From: Acidimicrobiia bacterium | GTDB taxonomy: Bacteria > Actinomycetota > Acidimicrobiia > Spongiisociales > JAHEDJ01 | Assembly: GCA_029210695.1 (NCBI GenBank) | Contig: JARGFH010000022.1 | Coordinates: 1-59,390 of the forward strand | DNA length: 59,390 nt | Direction: 5' to 3' | Shown: positions 48,655 through 57,008 of the stretch, piece after piece | Layout of the letters: every line of letters begins with the position of its first letter | How positions within the stretch are numbered: position 1 is the first letter of the stretch | Made by a program: the position numbers and the translations under genes | The notes under the pieces: model-generated | Database searches by the model: none | What the model was told of the DNA's origin: nothing | The model's input: the letters and a program-made list of their open reading frames with translations, nothing else

Positions 48655-49080
48655 ATGAGCTGGTGGGGATGGATCGGTCTCACCGCCGGCGTCCTCATCG
48701 TCGCCGTCACCGCAGCCGCGTTGACGGCTCGACGGAGTCGCACGGCGCTGATCGAACTGGCGCGCCTCATTCCCCTTTGCCTCGCCTTGCTCCGCGACAT
48801 CATGAGGGACCCGCTTGTGCCGCGCCGGGCCAAGATCGCCCCCGCCCTCGTCGTCGCCTATCTCGCGATACCGTTCGATCTCGTACCGGACTTCATTCCT
48901 GTCCTCGGCTACCTCGACGATGCCCTGATCGTCGCCTGGGTGATCCGACATCTGATCAAAGCCACCGGGCATCAGCGACTCCAGACCCATTGGAAAGGCG
49001 ACCCTCAAACCTTGGAGCGCATCATTCGGCTCCTGCGCATTCCACCCGCCCCCAGTTCTCCAACCCAAGGGTCCGCATAA
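48655..49080 (+). CDS. YkvA/DUF1232 family membrane protein
   Basis: Y...PFDLVPDFIPVLGYLDD. Confidence 0.88.
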   Translation: MSWWGWIGLTAGVLIVAVTAAALTARRSRTALIELARLIPLCLALLRDIMRDPLVPRRAKIAPALVVAYLAIPFDLVPDFIPVLGYLDDALIVAWVIRHLIKATGHQRLQTHWKGDPQTLERIIRLLRIPPAPSSPTQGSA

Positions 49081-49085
49081 CCGCA

Positions 49086-49535
49086 TCACGGACCACCAGT
49101 CCCTGAGTCCAACCCGACCAACCCTTCAGTAATCCCGAACCGCTCGTCTTCCCGGATGAATCGTTCGATCGGACCGGCTGCGCGGGCGGTGACCTGCCAA
49201 TCGAATCCCGGGACGAGCCGGGGTGCTCGCCCCGTCACCTCGACGCTGACCGTGTCGGCGGTCCGGGTAACCGTTACCTCCGGGTCGGTGATGTTGCCGG
49301 CAGCGTCGAGGAACCACTCGGCGGCTCGCGTCCCGTCTTCCTCGGTCGCGGTGGCGACCTGGGCGGCGTCGACTGCCTCTCGTGCCGCTGCATCGGCGAT
49401 CTGATCGGCGTGCCACCACAACGTGACCTGGAACGGGATGAGGACGAGCGCGATTAGGACGGGCATGAGCACTGCAAGTTCGGTGGACGTGAGCCCCTTC
49501 TCGTGTGCGAATCGTGCCGAGTCCATCGCTGCCAT
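49086..49535 (-). CDS. tadE: TadE-like pseudopilin with C-terminus replaced by insertion sequence
   Basis: EKG|LTSTELAVLMP, AAAREA; native similarity ends at ERFI. Confidence 0.8.
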   Translation of the reverse strand: MAAMDSARFAHEKGLTSTELAVLMPVLIALVLIPFQVTLWWHADQIADAAAREAVDAAQVATATEEDGTRAAEWFLDAAGNITDPEVTVTRTADTVSVEVTGRAPRLVPGFDWQVTARAAGPIERFIREDERFGITEGLVGLDSGTGGP

Positions 49536-49545
49536 CGGCGAACCC

Positions 49546-49764
49546 TTAGTTGCCGGGAGGCGCGACGTTGTCGGGGATCGCCTCGGCGTTGGATGTCATC
49601 TTGGCGATGAGGATCAGGCCGGCGGCGACCGCAATGGCGACCAGCACACCCGTTAGGACGGCTGCTTCGGTGGACATGGCGCCTCGTTCGTCACGGACCT
49701 GGACCCCGATCCGGGTGAGGCCCACCTCGATTAGGAGACGGGCATAGTCGATGTACGTGGACAT
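49546..49764 (-). CDS. Flp-type major pilin
   Basis: RDERG|AMSTE followed by a hydrophobic helix. Confidence 0.78.
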   Translation of the reverse strand: MSTYIDYARLLIEVGLTRIGVQVRDERGAMSTEAAVLTGVLVAIAVAAGLILIAKMTSNAEAIPDNVAPPGN

Positions 49765-49824
49765 GGGTGCTCCCTTCGCTCGTGAGTTGTCCGGGTTGTG
49801 GTTGGTGGTTTCCTTTCAGTGGTT

Positions 49825-50742
49825 TCATGGGATTGCCCCGGGGGTGGAGATGGCCTGCACGACGCCGAATCCGATGAAGAGAATCATGCCGACGACCAGC
49901 GTGACGACCGGCAGCAACATCTTCTCGGTGGCAGCTTCGGCTTGGGCCTCGATGGCGGCGGTCTGGCTGGCACGCATGGAGTCCGCCTTGGCGGCGAGAG
50001 ACGCCCGGATGCGGGCACCCTGATCGCCTGCCAGGTGAGCCGCTGCTGCCAGTTCGCGCAGTTCGTCGACACCCAACTCCTGTCCGAGTTGGTCGAAGAC
50101 CTCCCACGGTGTTCGACTGGTGAGGCGGGCCCTGTGGAGCGCGGCGCGGATCTCGGCGAAGGCCCACCCATCTCCAAGGTCGGCTGAGGTCTGTAGAGCC
50201 GTTTCGAGCCCTCCGCCACCGGCCAGGATGATGGTGACGAGATCCAGGTAGGCGGACAGGGAGTGGCGGAAGTCGCGGCGGCGGCGTTCGATCCGCTCGG
50301 ACAGCCCGAGATCCGGGTACATGAATCCGGCCAGCGACAGTCCCACTGCCAGGGCCACGATGACGCCGGGGGAAACCGACACTCCGGCCGCTGCGACCGC
50401 TAGGCCGAAGATGACCGGGATTAGGAGTCCGGCCATCCCACCGAGCAGCTTTTCGAAGGCATGGGCTTCGATCGGTTTGCCGAGCGCCCGGAGGCGACGC
50501 CGGAGCTCGCCGAGATCCGCGAGTCCTGTGGACTCGACGACCCGGATCACCCACTGGCCGATCCGGTCGGCCACGCCGGAAGTCGACGACGCCGGGGCAA
50601 GCTCGGCCAAGGAGCGACGCGGCCGTTCGAGGTCCGCGAGGGCTCTGCTGAGAGGTATCGGCCGAGGGAACAGCGCCCGGAACCCGAGGACGACACCAAG
50701 CCCGACGCCTGCACCGGCGACCATGACTGCCAGCAGTGTCAT
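49825..50742 (-). CDS. tadC: TadC (T2SS F family)
   Basis: YLDLV.I.L.GG.GLE.AL; L..KA..MR; EKM.LP. Confidence 0.85.
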   Translation of the reverse strand: MTLLAVMVAGAGVGLGVVLGFRALFPRPIPLSRALADLERPRRSLAELAPASSTSGVADRIGQWVIRVVESTGLADLGELRRRLRALGKPIEAHAFEKLLGGMAGLLIPVIFGLAVAAAGVSVSPGVIVALAVGLSLAGFMYPDLGLSERIERRRRDFRHSLSAYLDLVTIILAGGGGLETALQTSADLGDGWAFAEIRAALHRARLTSRTPWEVFDQLGQELGVDELRELAAAAHLAGDQGARIRASLAAKADSMRASQTAAIEAQAEAATEKMLLPVVTLVVGMILFIGFGVVQAISTPGAIP

Positions 50743-51602
50743 CGCTCCGCTCCTTTGAGTTCGGGTGCGTGGCGGAGTCTGAATCGTTCGGGCGTCTCGA
50801 GCCGGCTGTAGTGATGCAGCATCACCCCTGCACCGAAGAACACGGCCAACACCACGAGGAGCCAACCCTGCCCGGCCGCGGTGTCATACGGCTCAAGGAG
50901 GTGCCCGGCGAACACGTACAGAAAGACGACGGTGGCGACAGTGGTGGCGACCGCGATCCGGGCAGACGTGCGGATCCGTGCCCGGCCAATCTCGATACGG
51001 CTACGCATGCGAACATCGCCGCGGATTGCCTCCGCCAGGCGGGCAAGCAGGGGGCCGAGGTCCCTGGCCTCCAACCGTGCAGCCGCAGCGAGAGAGGCCA
51101 CGACAAGGTCAGCGGACGAGTGGTCCAAGTCACGAGCAAGATCATCGAGGGCAGCGTCGAGTGGCTGATGCCGCAGCCGCAGCGCGAAAGATTGGAGCTG
51201 CGGTTTGATGGCGATAGGGGCGACCGTTGCGGTCTGGATGAGCGACTCCTCCAGACCCGACGCCCCGGCCATGGTGTCGCGGATCATGTCCGCCCAGGTG
51301 GCAATGGCATCGGCCGTCGCTGCTTCCTCTGCACGCCTGGCTGTGCCCCCCACGGCTGCAGGTCCTGCCAGTAGTCCGAGCGCGGCCCCGATCCCGGCAA
51401 CCGGCCAACCGGTCCCTAGCCCCACGACGATGCCCACCAGCAGCGAGACGGCGAGCCATGCGACGGCACGATTCGCCGGCACTTCGTTGGGGACGAGTCG
51501 CCGCGCCTCGGGTACGACGCGGACTCCCCTAGCTGCGGTGATCCCCAGCCACAGCCCGAAACCTGCAACGGCCCCGGCGCCGGCAATTAGCAGGACCTGC
51601 AT
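50739..51602 (-). CDS. tadB: TadB (T2SS F family)
   Basis: W...IRD...G.GLE; PYDT..GQ; located between cpaF and tadC. Confidence 0.83.
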   Translation of the reverse strand: MQVLLIAGAGAVAGFGLWLGITAARGVRVVPEARRLVPNEVPANRAVAWLAVSLLVGIVVGLGTGWPVAGIGAALGLLAGPAAVGGTARRAEEAATADAIATWADMIRDTMAGASGLEESLIQTATVAPIAIKPQLQSFALRLRHQPLDAALDDLARDLDHSSADLVVASLAAAARLEARDLGPLLARLAEAIRGDVRMRSRIEIGRARIRTSARIAVATTVATVVFLYVFAGHLLEPYDTAAGQGWLLVVLAVFFGAGVMLHHYSRLETPERFRLRHAPELKGAER

Positions 51603-51604
51603 AC

Positions 51605-52906
51605 TTACCACCACCCTGCCACATTGGCCAGATATGAGGGGTCGAAGCCGACACGGACGAGACGGTCCAACGTGTCGTTGCGGATGGTCGGCCCGGGTGC
51701 CGGAGTCGCCCTCCCGTCGGTTGATGGTCGGTATACCTCGTTGGTTGCGATCTGACGTTCCTCGGCATCGAGCACTTCGCGGATGCTGGTGACCCGACGC
51801 ATGCCATCGACCCAGCCGAGATGGACGATCAGATCGACGGCGTTGGCGATCCACTTGTTCGAGGTCTGCTCATCGAGACCGGCCTCGGCCGTGTACATGC
51901 CGAGCCGCACGATGGCGCCCTTCGATGAGTCGGCATGAATAGACGACATGGACCCGTCGTTGCCCTGGGACATGGCGCGGAGCATGTCAACGACCTCGAC
52001 ACCGCGGATCTCCCCGACGATCACCCGGTCGGGGTTCTGACGTAGCGTCGCCCGCACACAGTCGGCCAACGTCGCTTCGCCCCGGCCCTCGATGTTGGCG
52101 CCCCGTCGCTCCCACATGACCTGGTCCGGGTGGAGATCTGCGAACCGATCCAACCCGATTTCGAGGTTGTCTTCGACGGTCACGACGCGTTCATCGGGCG
52201 GGATCTCGTTCAACAGGCACCGCAACATCGTGGTCTTGCCCGTGTTGGTGCCGCCCGCAACGATCAAGTTCAGCTTCGCCTGCACCGCCGCGGCGAGGAA
52301 CGCTGCCAACCCCTCGTCGATGACGCCCAAGTCGATGAGGTGCTTCAGCCGATAGATGCTGAAGTCGTGGCGGCGGATCGTGATTGCTGGCCGACCCGTC
52401 AAGCCCATCACGGCATGGAGACGCTCCCCACCCGGGAGTTGGAGGTGCAGTTCCCACGACACCTGGTCCCATCGCTTCTCCGACCTGCCCATCCTCCGAG
52501 CTGCCGTTGCGATGATCTCGATCAACTCGCGATCGGAGTCCGCCGCTGGTTCACCGTGGATCTTCGTGCCGTCCCGATAGACGAGCCACACGTTGTCGTG
52601 ACCGTTGACGTGGATGTTCGCCAGCTCCGGGTCGTCGATGTAGGGCTGGAGCCTCCCCAACCCGTGAACCCGATCAAAGACAGCATCCGCAAGCTCGGAT
52701 TCTGTCGCGGCGTCCAGCGGCGCTTCTCCGTTGCGGTAGGCGTCCTCGGCGAGACGCCGAAGCTCGGCAGCGATCAGGGAGCGCGTTAGCGCCTTCTCGT
52801 CGTCCAGGCTCAGAGGATGGTCGCCGTCGAGGGAGCGAAGCTGCTCCGACAGCTTCTCCGCCACGGCTCCGTGGAGCTGTCCGCGCAGGTCCATGTCGCT
52901 GTTCAC
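51605..52906 (-). CDS. cpaF: CpaF/TadA pilus ATPase
   Basis: GGTNTGKTT, TVED..E, LRQNPDRVIVGEIRG, SSIHA. Confidence 0.92.
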   Translation of the reverse strand: MNSDMDLRGQLHGAVAEKLSEQLRSLDGDHPLSLDDEKALTRSLIAAELRRLAEDAYRNGEAPLDAATESELADAVFDRVHGLGRLQPYIDDPELANIHVNGHDNVWLVYRDGTKIHGEPAADSDRELIEIIATAARRMGRSEKRWDQVSWELHLQLPGGERLHAVMGLTGRPAITIRRHDFSIYRLKHLIDLGVIDEGLAAFLAAAVQAKLNLIVAGGTNTGKTTMLRCLLNEIPPDERVVTVEDNLEIGLDRFADLHPDQVMWERRGANIEGRGEATLADCVRATLRQNPDRVIVGEIRGVEVVDMLRAMSQGNDGSMSSIHADSSKGAIVRLGMYTAEAGLDEQTSNKWIANAVDLIVHLGWVDGMRRVTSIREVLDAEERQIATNEVYRPSTDGRATPAPGPTIRNDTLDRLVRVGFDPSYLANVAGWW

Positions 52907-53694
52907 GACGTTGCCTCCTGAACCTGCTCCTTCGGTTGAACGAGGGATGCCAGCTGGGTGTTGTGTCCCGGTTCAGGTCGGGACGGGCGCGTCGGAGCGA
53001 GTCGTTCGGCCAGAGTCGCAACCGATCGAACCAGCGGGGAGCGGCGGAGATCGCGTACCGAGCCACGGGCGCCGGTGAGAACGGCTGCTGTTCGGGGATC
53101 CCAAGCGACGATCCCGACCACAGGCATCTGGAGCGCGGCGGTCACTTCGGCCGGACCGTACGGCTTATCGCCCACCAGCAACAGACCGACATCAATGCCC
53201 AATGCGTTGAGGGCCCCGAGTCGATGCGCCGCCGGTCGAAGCTGGTCGAGCGTTGGGCGAGTGAGCACCATCACGACACCTGCCTCGCCGATGGTGTCGA
53301 TCGTCGATAGGCCCGGTGGAATCCTCCCGCAGTCGATGATCACGTCAATCTCAATCTGTTCCGTTGACCAAGCGGTGAGGGCATCAGCGATGTCGCGCAG
53401 CACGACATGCGCCTCATCGGGTGAGGCGGGACCGACCAGGACCGGTACTCCTCCGGGGAGGTATTGGGCGTGCCGCCAGACAACGTCGTCATCCAACCCC
53501 CGTCGCGAATCCGCAGCGAGCGACGAGAGGCCGGGCGTGTCGCCCAAACCGTATCGGGCCGCGATCACCCCTCCGAACAGGTCCGCCTCGACCAAGAGAC
53601 AGCGGCGGTGCGATGGCCAGGTGGCCGCCAGCGCCAGCGCGGTGGTGGTCACGCCCGGTGATCCATGCGCAGATGTCAGGCACACCACGCTCAT
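52903..53694 (-). CDS. MinD/CpaE-like ATPase
   Basis: SAHGSPGVTTTALALA, LVEAD..GG, IDCGR. Confidence 0.8.
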   Translation of the reverse strand: MSVVCLTSAHGSPGVTTTALALAATWPSHRRCLLVEADLFGGVIAARYGLGDTPGLSSLAADSRRGLDDDVVWRHAQYLPGGVPVLVGPASPDEAHVVLRDIADALTAWSTEQIEIDVIIDCGRIPPGLSTIDTIGEAGVVMVLTRPTLDQLRPAAHRLGALNALGIDVGLLLVGDKPYGPAEVTAALQMPVVGIVAWDPRTAAVLTGARGSVRDLRRSPLVRSVATLAERLAPTRPSRPEPGHNTQLASLVQPKEQVQEATS

Positions 53695-54386
53695 TGGTCG
53701 ACTCCCGAAACCAACACGAGCCGAACCCTGCCGGCGGCAGCCGCGCCGGCAACCTTGGCTGCATCGTCAGCAGGCAACAGCAGTGAGATGAACCGATCGC
53801 CCTGGGTCCCCAGCTCCGCAACGTCGAATACCTCGGCAGATGTCGCGACAGCTTCGATGTCGGTGACTCCCTCTTCAGACGGCGTCCGACTTGTGAGCAC
53901 GACATCGACTCGGTCACCGGGCGTCAACAGCAGCGTCGGATACTCGCCCGGTGCCAACGCCATGCCGACAACACCCTCACCCGCGTCGAGGAGGCTGCGA
54001 GACACCAAGTGCGCCGAAGTGAGAAGGGTGCCGGGTTCGAGGTCCGCAACCGCGGTCAAACCGACCAGGCCGGCGGCTGCGTCCGGCGGAAGGCTGCTGA
54101 CCGGATCGTCGGTCGCCACGTACACGACCATCAGATCGCCAGACGTGACGGCCTCGCCGCGCTCCACCGATTGGGCAAGAGCAAGCGCTGGTTCTCGAGC
54201 CGCGGCCTGGGAGAACAGAACCACCGCCACCAGTGCACTCACTGCCACCATGAACACGGCAATCAACAGTTGTGGGATCTCCACCTTTCGGCGGGGTGCC
54301 TCCAGCCGAAAGGGACTCTCCGATTGCTGGCCATTACCCGACGGGTCGACACGCCCCGTCGATGCTTTCGTAGTGCTCCTGTTCAT
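53691..54386 (-). CDS. SAF-domain/CpaB-like protein
   Basis: TM, V.RGE.VT..DL, A..DL.PG.LL, L.PGDRV. Confidence 0.78.
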   Translation of the reverse strand: MNRSTTKASTGRVDPSGNGQQSESPFRLEAPRRKVEIPQLLIAVFMVAVSALVAVVLFSQAAAREPALALAQSVERGEAVTSGDLMVVYVATDDPVSSLPPDAAAGLVGLTAVADLEPGTLLTSAHLVSRSLLDAGEGVVGMALAPGEYPTLLLTPGDRVDVVLTSRTPSEEGVTDIEAVATSAEVFDVAELGTQGDRFISLLLPADDAAKVAGAAAAGRVRLVLVSGVDQ

Positions 54387-54387
54387 G

Positions 54388-55284
54388 TCACCCTCCCGTC
54401 TCCACGGCCTGGATCTCGGCAACCTCAACCCCGAATGAAGCCGACAGGTCAACCGACCCGAACACTCCCTGGTAGACGTCGTTGATCCACCACTCGAACT
54501 CCCACCTCACCATCACCGAAGCTTCGAAGCGGCCCTCCGGCTCGCCATAGGAGCTGTGCAGGTAGGTGTACGCACAGTCCGTGTCAGCCTCGGACGCACC
54601 CGACACCCACACCACACCCGGACCCAGACAAGTGACCGCGCCGCCATCACCCATCAGCCACCGGGCATGCATCGGGGTCGCCCGAACCGTCACCGTCGTC
54701 AACCCCCGCGTTGTGGAGACCTCGATAGGCGACCATGCGGCCTGGTCCAGCCAAAGCCACGTCGGGACACGAACAAACGTCTGTCGTGCAAGAGGTGGGC
54801 TCGTCTCCGGGACTGGAGTCGGCGGCTCCAGACGAGCAGCAGCGATGTCCCGGATGACTTCGGGCGGGACAGGCGGGGTCACCTCGACCGCGAACTCGAA
54901 GGCATGCGCCGGCTCCCCCTCCCGCCAACAAGTGACGTTCCACCACCAATACTCCCCTGTCGGATCAAATCCCAGGTTCTCCACATCCCCCGGACTGAGC
55001 TGATCCATCGCGTCAAACTCGACCTCGTCACCCTCCTGGTACTCACCGACGGCAGCCGCGCAGTAGATGTCCCAGGCCTCATGGACAGTCCCTCCACCCG
55101 GTTGTCCCGGTGTTACCCCGTGACACTCAGCGACGACGTCTCCCCCTCCTTGATAGATATCACCCTCGCCGGAGCAGTGGTGGGCGGATGCCGGCGCGAC
55201 TGTCAGCAACGTCGCCGAGCCGAACAGGGCGATGGCGACGATCAAACGGACGGCAGTCCACGGTTTGTTGGTGCGAACTCGCAT
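54388..55284 (-). CDS. Secreted Tad-associated protein (PKD-like C-terminus)
   Basis: Signal peptide, PTWLW, W.MGDG..V.C.GPG, C.YTY..SS, EIQAV. Confidence 0.75.
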   Translation of the reverse strand: MRVRTNKPWTAVRLIVAIALFGSATLLTVAPASAHHCSGEGDIYQGGGDVVAECHGVTPGQPGGGTVHEAWDIYCAAAVGEYQEGDEVEFDAMDQLSPGDVENLGFDPTGEYWWWNVTCWREGEPAHAFEFAVEVTPPVPPEVIRDIAAARLEPPTPVPETSPPLARQTFVRVPTWLWLDQAAWSPIEVSTTRGLTTVTVRATPMHARWLMGDGGAVTCLGPGVVWVSGASEADTDCAYTYLHSSYGEPEGRFEASVMVRWEFEWWINDVYQGVFGSVDLSASFGVEVAEIQAVETGG

Positions 55285-56375
55285 GCGAAATCCACTTGTC
55301 CCTGTAGGTCTGAAACTTTCCAGAGGCCGCCCTCAAGGACCATTACGGCCGACTCGAGGTTGCGCTGACCGGCCTGAACTGCCGGCACGTCGTCGAGCCG
55401 TTCTCCCGAATTGACGTCGTAGAGGCCGTAGTCGGAGTCGGGCTCTAGGCAGCTCAAGATGACTAATTCTGTCGGACTCCGAACCTCAATCACTTCCGGA
55501 TGCAAGACCGGGCGACCCCTGAGAGCCGCACTCCGAGCCTGATGATCGACAAGGAGCTCGAGGATGAGGGCCTTCTGTGGTTCGATGAGAACCTCTCCGA
55601 CCAGTGGGGAGTCCGGGTTGGCTGGATCCCAGAATTCGTTCCACCCGGCATAGAAGGCTTCGTATCCGGCGATCGCAGCGTCAGCCATCTCCTCAGGTAC
55701 ACAGCCACCACCACTCGGAATCCGAACAGCGTCAACCACCCAGCCTTGCTCGGTCAGAGTCAGATCCGCCTGGTACCAGACACCAACCGTGTCGGTCAAC
55801 GACGGCGAAAGCAACACACAATCCTCGACTGAGGCCCGATCGGGTTCGAAGTCGGTAACCGTTGGGTGGAGCACGACTTCGGTATCAACTGGACCAAGCC
55901 CCGAAGAGCGCTGACGCTCGAAAAGGACAAGAGCACCATCGACCACGTCCGTGGCAGCGACCACCTCAAGAGGCGCCCGATCGAGATCATCCGAGGCCCG
56001 CACCTCCACCCACGCATCCCAATAGGCGCTCCACGCGTCAACCACATCTTCAGCAAGTGGAAGCGTCGATGTCACGGCGATCAATGTCGACGTACTCGTA
56101 GAAGTGGACGGTGGGCCCGTATGTGTGGACGTCACGGGTGGGATTGACGAGGTTGTCGTTGACTCACTGGAGCCCGACGACGTGCAGGCACTCATAACCA
56201 GCAACGCCGCGATGGCGACGCCCAAAAGAAGCGGCGGCCTGGTCAGGCCACCGAACCCGATTGACCAGCGTCGTGGGCTCAAATGGCTACCCCTCACTCC
56301 CAGTAGCCATTCCCACCCTACGCGTCTGACAACGCAACTGGCGGAGCGAACTAGAGAGAACATCTTTTCATCCAC
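55242..56375 (-). CDS. Putative lipoprotein with two similar domains
   Basis: Lipobox-like VMSAC, Ser/Thr linker, repeated A(W/Y).A(Y/F)...VLHP.V...C...W.V; the start is uncertain. Confidence 0.65.
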   Translation of the reverse strand: MDEKMFSLVRSASCVVRRVGWEWLLGVRGSHLSPRRWSIGFGGLTRPPLLLGVAIAALLVMSACTSSGSSESTTTSSIPPVTSTHTGPPSTSTSTSTLIAVTSTLPLAEDVVDAWSAYWDAWVEVRASDDLDRAPLEVVAATDVVDGALVLFERQRSSGLGPVDTEVVLHPTVTDFEPDRASVEDCVLLSPSLTDTVGVWYQADLTLTEQGWVVDAVRIPSGGGCVPEEMADAAIAGYEAFYAGWNEFWDPANPDSPLVGEVLIEPQKALILELLVDHQARSAALRGRPVLHPEVIEVRSPTELVILSCLEPDSDYGLYDVNSGERLDDVPAVQAGQRNLESAVMVLEGGLWKVSDLQGQVDFACEFAPTNRGLPSV

Positions 56376-56405
56376 CTAAGGGGCACCAGCAGCCGGGGAA
56401 CGCGA

Positions 56406-56580
56406 CAACCCTTTCACCAGAGTGTCAACAGCCCTCCAACCGGATCCGGAGACCCTCTGAATCGATGAGACCGACGCCGCCATGTCCGAACCATTCCATC
56501 GCACCCTCTCACCAAAGTGTCAGCAACCCTCTCACCAGAGTGCCAGTAACCCTTTTACGCACATCAAGAACCCTCCAACT
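56406..56580 (-). promoter_or_regulatory. ICE boxes upstream of the Tad operon
   Basis: CCCT(C/T)T(C/T)A at 56504, 56527 and 56550 (23-bp period), plus a copy at 56406-56440; the minus-strand box is followed by N6-AATGGT-N6-ATG (56483). Confidence 0.78.
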
Positions 56581-56667
56581 CGCGAGAATTGCACTTTCCA
56601 GGTCGGCGATCCGACGACCACCGGCGGGCGACGAGGCGGCCCTGGATATGGTCGATATGGCAACGGT

Positions 56668-56701
56668 CTGACATCCTGGTGAAAGGGTTCACGCCGATGA
56701 T
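56668..56701 (+). promoter_or_regulatory. ICE box with -10 hexamer; probable leaderless promoter of xis-int
   Basis: CTGACATCCTGGTGAAAGGGTT-N6-GATGAT-N6-ATG. Confidence 0.72.
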
Positions 56702-56707
56702 CTGTCC

Positions 56708-56950
56708 ATGAACGACAACGACCGCCTACTCACCGCCGAGGATCTCGCCGCCTTCCTCGACGTCCCGATCAAGACGCTGTACGCGTGGCGGTACCGGGGA
56801 GAGGGACCCGTCGGCTTTCGGGTGGGCAAGCACGTCCGCTACCGGTGGACTGATGTCGAACAATGGATCCGAGACCGGGTTCGTGTCGCCGAGGTACGAA
56901 GGAACTCGGATCGCACTCGCACCCGAGCGCATGTCGGTGATCGTCGGTAG
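56708..56950 (+). CDS. xis: Excisionase (HTH_17/AlpA-like)
   Basis: LLT.EDLA.FL.VP.KTLY.WR..G.GP...RVGKHVRY. Confidence 0.88.
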   Translation: MNDNDRLLTAEDLAAFLDVPIKTLYAWRYRGEGPVGFRVGKHVRYRWTDVEQWIRDRVRVAEVRRNSDRTRTRAHVGDRR

Positions 56951-57008
56951 AGTCGCAATTGGGTGGCTCCGGCCGACGACCGGATCCGCTATTGGCTCAG
57001 GAGCGAAC

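Larger units (their letters stand above)
45429..49153 (+). mobile_element. Tyrosine-recombinase element inserted in the 3' end of tadE
   Basis: Opposite-strand four-gene block; joining 45428 to 49154 restores ...ERFIPEPER* and an ATGA overlap. Confidence 0.82.

Noticed and set aside
45448..49089. 1213-aa minus-strand ORF spanning the inserted element
   Set aside because: It is antisense to four recognisable + strand genes and has no motifs; a high-GC shadow ORF.
56406..56580. 23-bp periodic repeats as a mini CRISPR array or replication iterons
   Set aside because: No unique spacers and no cas or rep gene; the fixed distance to -10 hexamers at five promoters fits regulator boxes better.
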